The position numbers and the translations under genes are program-made. From an uncultured Lachnospiraceae bacterium (GTDB lineage Bacteria > Bacillota > Clostridia > Lachnospirales > Lachnospiraceae), in contig CAJTQO010000009.1 of NCBI GenBank assembly GCA_910578405.1, positions 15,857 to 79,856 of the forward strand: 64,000 bases of DNA. The letters are read 5' to 3'. Each line of letters starts with the position of its first letter. Within the stretch, counting starts at the first letter, position 1. Shown here one piece after another: positions 61,845 through 64,000 of this stretch. The notes beneath the pieces are model-generated. The model had not been told where the DNA came from and did no database searches. It saw only the letters and a program-made list of their open reading frames with translations.

Positions 61845-62102
61845 ATGAAAAAAAAGACAAAGCAAATTGCCGCATGGTTATGCATTATTACGCTATCCCT
61901 TCTATACATCGCCACTTTCGTCGTTGCCCTTTTAGACTTTCCCGGCTCCGACGCCCTGTTTCGCGCCTGTCTGGCCGCTACCGTGGGATTGCCTATCCTG
62001 CTTTGGATTTATATATGGCTGTATGGGAAAGTAAAAAAAGAACATACCATAGCGTCTATGGATATCTTTCAGACAGGGCAGGAACAACGAAAAGAGGATT
62101 AA
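61845..62102 (+). CDS. Small two-TM hypothetical protein
   Basis: GGAG RBS; two hydrophobic helices. Confidence 0.75.
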   Translation: MKKKTKQIAAWLCIITLSLLYIATFVVALLDFPGSDALFRACLAATVGLPILLWIYIWLYGKVKKEHTIASMDIFQTGQEQRKED

Positions 62103-62105
62103 GAA

Positions 62106-62783
62106 CTAGGAAAGATATCCTTGTAGCTGGGCTACCAACTCATATACCCTGGTAGCCGGACATCTTTGGGATGGAGGCGCATTATCGTATGACTCATACT
62201 GCCGCTTCGCCCGCTGAATGGCAAGCTCTGTTTTATCTTTCAACAGCTCGTATAAATTTTCCTGATTCTTTTCATATCCAAATTTTTGTTTCAAAATCTC
62301 CTGATATTGTTCCCGGCCATTATTCACAGTCAATTCCTGAAAATGCAAAATAAACCATAGTTCAATACATTCGTTTGACCAAGCCACCTTATATTGCCTG
62401 CTTTCTTTCCTTTCTTCTGCGCTAAATTGTGTATTGTCAAAATTGTCCAAAGGGAAATCATCCTTATCATACATAAGCCAAACCACCTCTGCCTGCGGAA
62501 ATTCTTTCTCCACCTGTTCCCGTGCAAATCTTAGCAGTCCCTTTGTATTCCTCCCTGTCCCCCTTACTAACACCCTTGGCCCAGAAGAAAAGCCATAATA
62601 CTTTGTATTAATTGCGTCTGCAAACCCTTTCATATAATTAGGTTCTGTCTTTGTACCCTCACTGATAATATACATATATGGCGGAAGTTCATCTAGTAAC
62701 GCTTTTTTCCGCTTCTGCATTTTTGCATTGATTCTTTCCTGGTTCTTTTTTTGTTCACTGGCTTTTAATGGCTTCCTGCTCAT
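62106..62783 (-). CDS. rloB: RloB family protein (AbiLii-like, TOPRIM-like)
   Basis: IISEGTKTEPNY, YDKDD, WSNECIELWFILHF, PATRVYELV. Confidence 0.88.
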   Translation of the reverse strand: MSRKPLKASEQKKNQERINAKMQKRKKALLDELPPYMYIISEGTKTEPNYMKGFADAINTKYYGFSSGPRVLVRGTGRNTKGLLRFAREQVEKEFPQAEVVWLMYDKDDFPLDNFDNTQFSAEERKESRQYKVAWSNECIELWFILHFQELTVNNGREQYQEILKQKFGYEKNQENLYELLKDKTELAIQRAKRQYESYDNAPPSQRCPATRVYELVAQLQGYLS

Positions 62784-64000
62784 GATTTCGAAACCTCCCA
62801 ATCCAAAATTTTCCGGATATAAGGGTCTGCCCCATAACGCCCTTCCAGGTACCGCTTTCCATATGCTTCATCCTTTCCGGGAGTTTGCCCGTTTTCCTTC
62901 TTAAAAGAAACAAGGGAATAAAGCTGTGATGCATTCTGCGGATTTAGTGCGCAAAACCAGATTTCATCCCTCCGGTAAACTTCAGGCGCCATAGTTGTGA
63001 TATCATGGGAAGTCAGCAAAAGCTGCGCCCCATTCCTATTGCTTATGGGATTGGTAAATAATTCAATAATATATTGCAGAAGCTTTGGATGCAGTTTTGC
63101 ATCCAGTTCATCGGCAATCATCAAAGTCCCCTTCTGTAAACATTCCATCATTTCCGCCAGACAACTGAATAATTTTCTTGTACCACTGGACTCTTCTTCA
63201 AATGGAATCTCAAAAACCATTCCATTTTCCAGGATATGCCTTGTATAAATCTTGTCAATTTCTCCATTTTCATCCTTTTCCTCACGGAAATCCGAAATAT
63301 GGATATCCATCTTTTGCACCATTTCAAACAGCCTGTTTCTGTCTTTTTGCTCCTTCGGAAGAATAACCTGACGCTCTGTCTTAGGATTGTTATAATCTAC
63401 CACATTAATGTGTAAAAACCAGTTTATCACCTCATTTACAGATTCTATATCATAGTTGGCCGCTATATGGGAAAGCAGCGGCATAGAACTTTTCAACTTT
63501 TCAACCGGAATCTCCTCCAGCTCTTCCCCTAAAACACATTCTTCCACAGAACGTTCAAAAATGATTTCCGCATCTTTTTCCCCAAGGACTAACCGATAAA
63601 GATTTTCTTCCACAATCTCATTATGAATATGGGAAACCTGGTACCTATACTGCCTGCCCCCGGTACGGAACAGAATGTCAAAACAAATCGGGGCATCTTT
63701 ACATTCCGGGGCAAACTTATGATATTTTTCGGCAAAATCTATTCCAAAACTTCTTGCAGACATAGTGATATATTTTCCATCATTCTCCATCTGGGAAATC
63801 ACAAAGGGACGTGAAACAAATATTGCAAAGTATATCAGGGCCTCTAAAACGGTTGACTTCCCTCCTCCGTTCGGGCCGTATATTGCAACCACTGGCAAAA
63901 ACTTTTCCCCGTCCGCTTTATCTATTATGACGCTTTTTTCATGCTCCTTAATCGGCTCCGCAATCAAGTCCAAAAAAGCCTCTTCCTTAAATGACTTAAA
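62780..64000 (-). CDS. RloA-type AAA_21/ABC ATPase (AbiLi-like); 5' end lies beyond the window
   Basis: FKSFKEE at the edge, GPNGGGKS, ESSGTRKL, IADELD, TSHD, RRDEIWF, YLEGRYGA; ATGA overlap with rloB. Confidence 0.9.
   Translation of the reverse strand, partial: FKSFKEEAFLDLIAEPIKEHEKSVIIDKADGEKFLPVVAIYGPNGGGKSTVLEALIYFAIFVSRPFVISQMENDGKYITMSARSFGIDFAEKYHKFAPECKDAPICFDILFRTGGRQYRYQVSHIHNEIVEENLYRLVLGEKDAEIIFERSVEECVLGEELEEIPVEKLKSSMPLLSHIAANYDIESVNEVINWFLHINVVDYNNPKTERQVILPKEQKDRNRLFEMVQKMDIHISDFREEKDENGEIDKIYTRHILENGMVFEIPFEEESSGTRKLFSCLAEMMECLQKGTLMIADELDAKLHPKLLQYIIELFTNPISNRNGAQLLLTSHDITTMAPEVYRRDEIWFCALNPQNASQLYSLVSFKKENGQTPGKDEAYGKRYLEGRYGADPYIRKILDWEVSKS

Overview
A 64-kb chromosomal segment of a Bacillota bacterium; gene content and protein families suggest Lachnospiraceae/Clostridia (inference). 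Most genes are on the minus strand. Housekeeping blocks: recA-recX with two LexA (Cheo) boxes, rny, pepD, infC(AUU start)-rpmI-rplT with an L20 leader, oppBCDFA, a polar amino-acid ABC transporter, T-box-controlled thrS and TPP-riboswitch-controlled thiT. The centre (about 18.1-41.5 kb) holds a large, dispersed Ter-type stress/defence locus: four TerD paralogs, AIM24, TelA, YceG, HAD, PRTase-TRSP and StiP. Its unusual additions are a PMCA-like P-type ATPase with NGEA instead of TGES (no TerC is visible), a co-transcribed rhomboid and a YceG-module/trypsin protease fusion. An uncharacterised divergent-Hsp70/TPR/membrane coiled-coil operon lies inside it. Accessory features: a gene split at a G9 tract at the left edge, a hierarchical 16-bp tandem array, a direct-repeat-bounded AT-rich islet (truncated Cap4-like nuclease plus RelE-type TA pair), two GH3 glycosidases with a sugar-catabolic operon, and an RloA/RloB (AbiL-like) pair at the right edge. 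No rRNA, tRNA, CRISPR array, integrase or transposase was recognised. Family assignments come from motif recognition by eye; no database searches were run.
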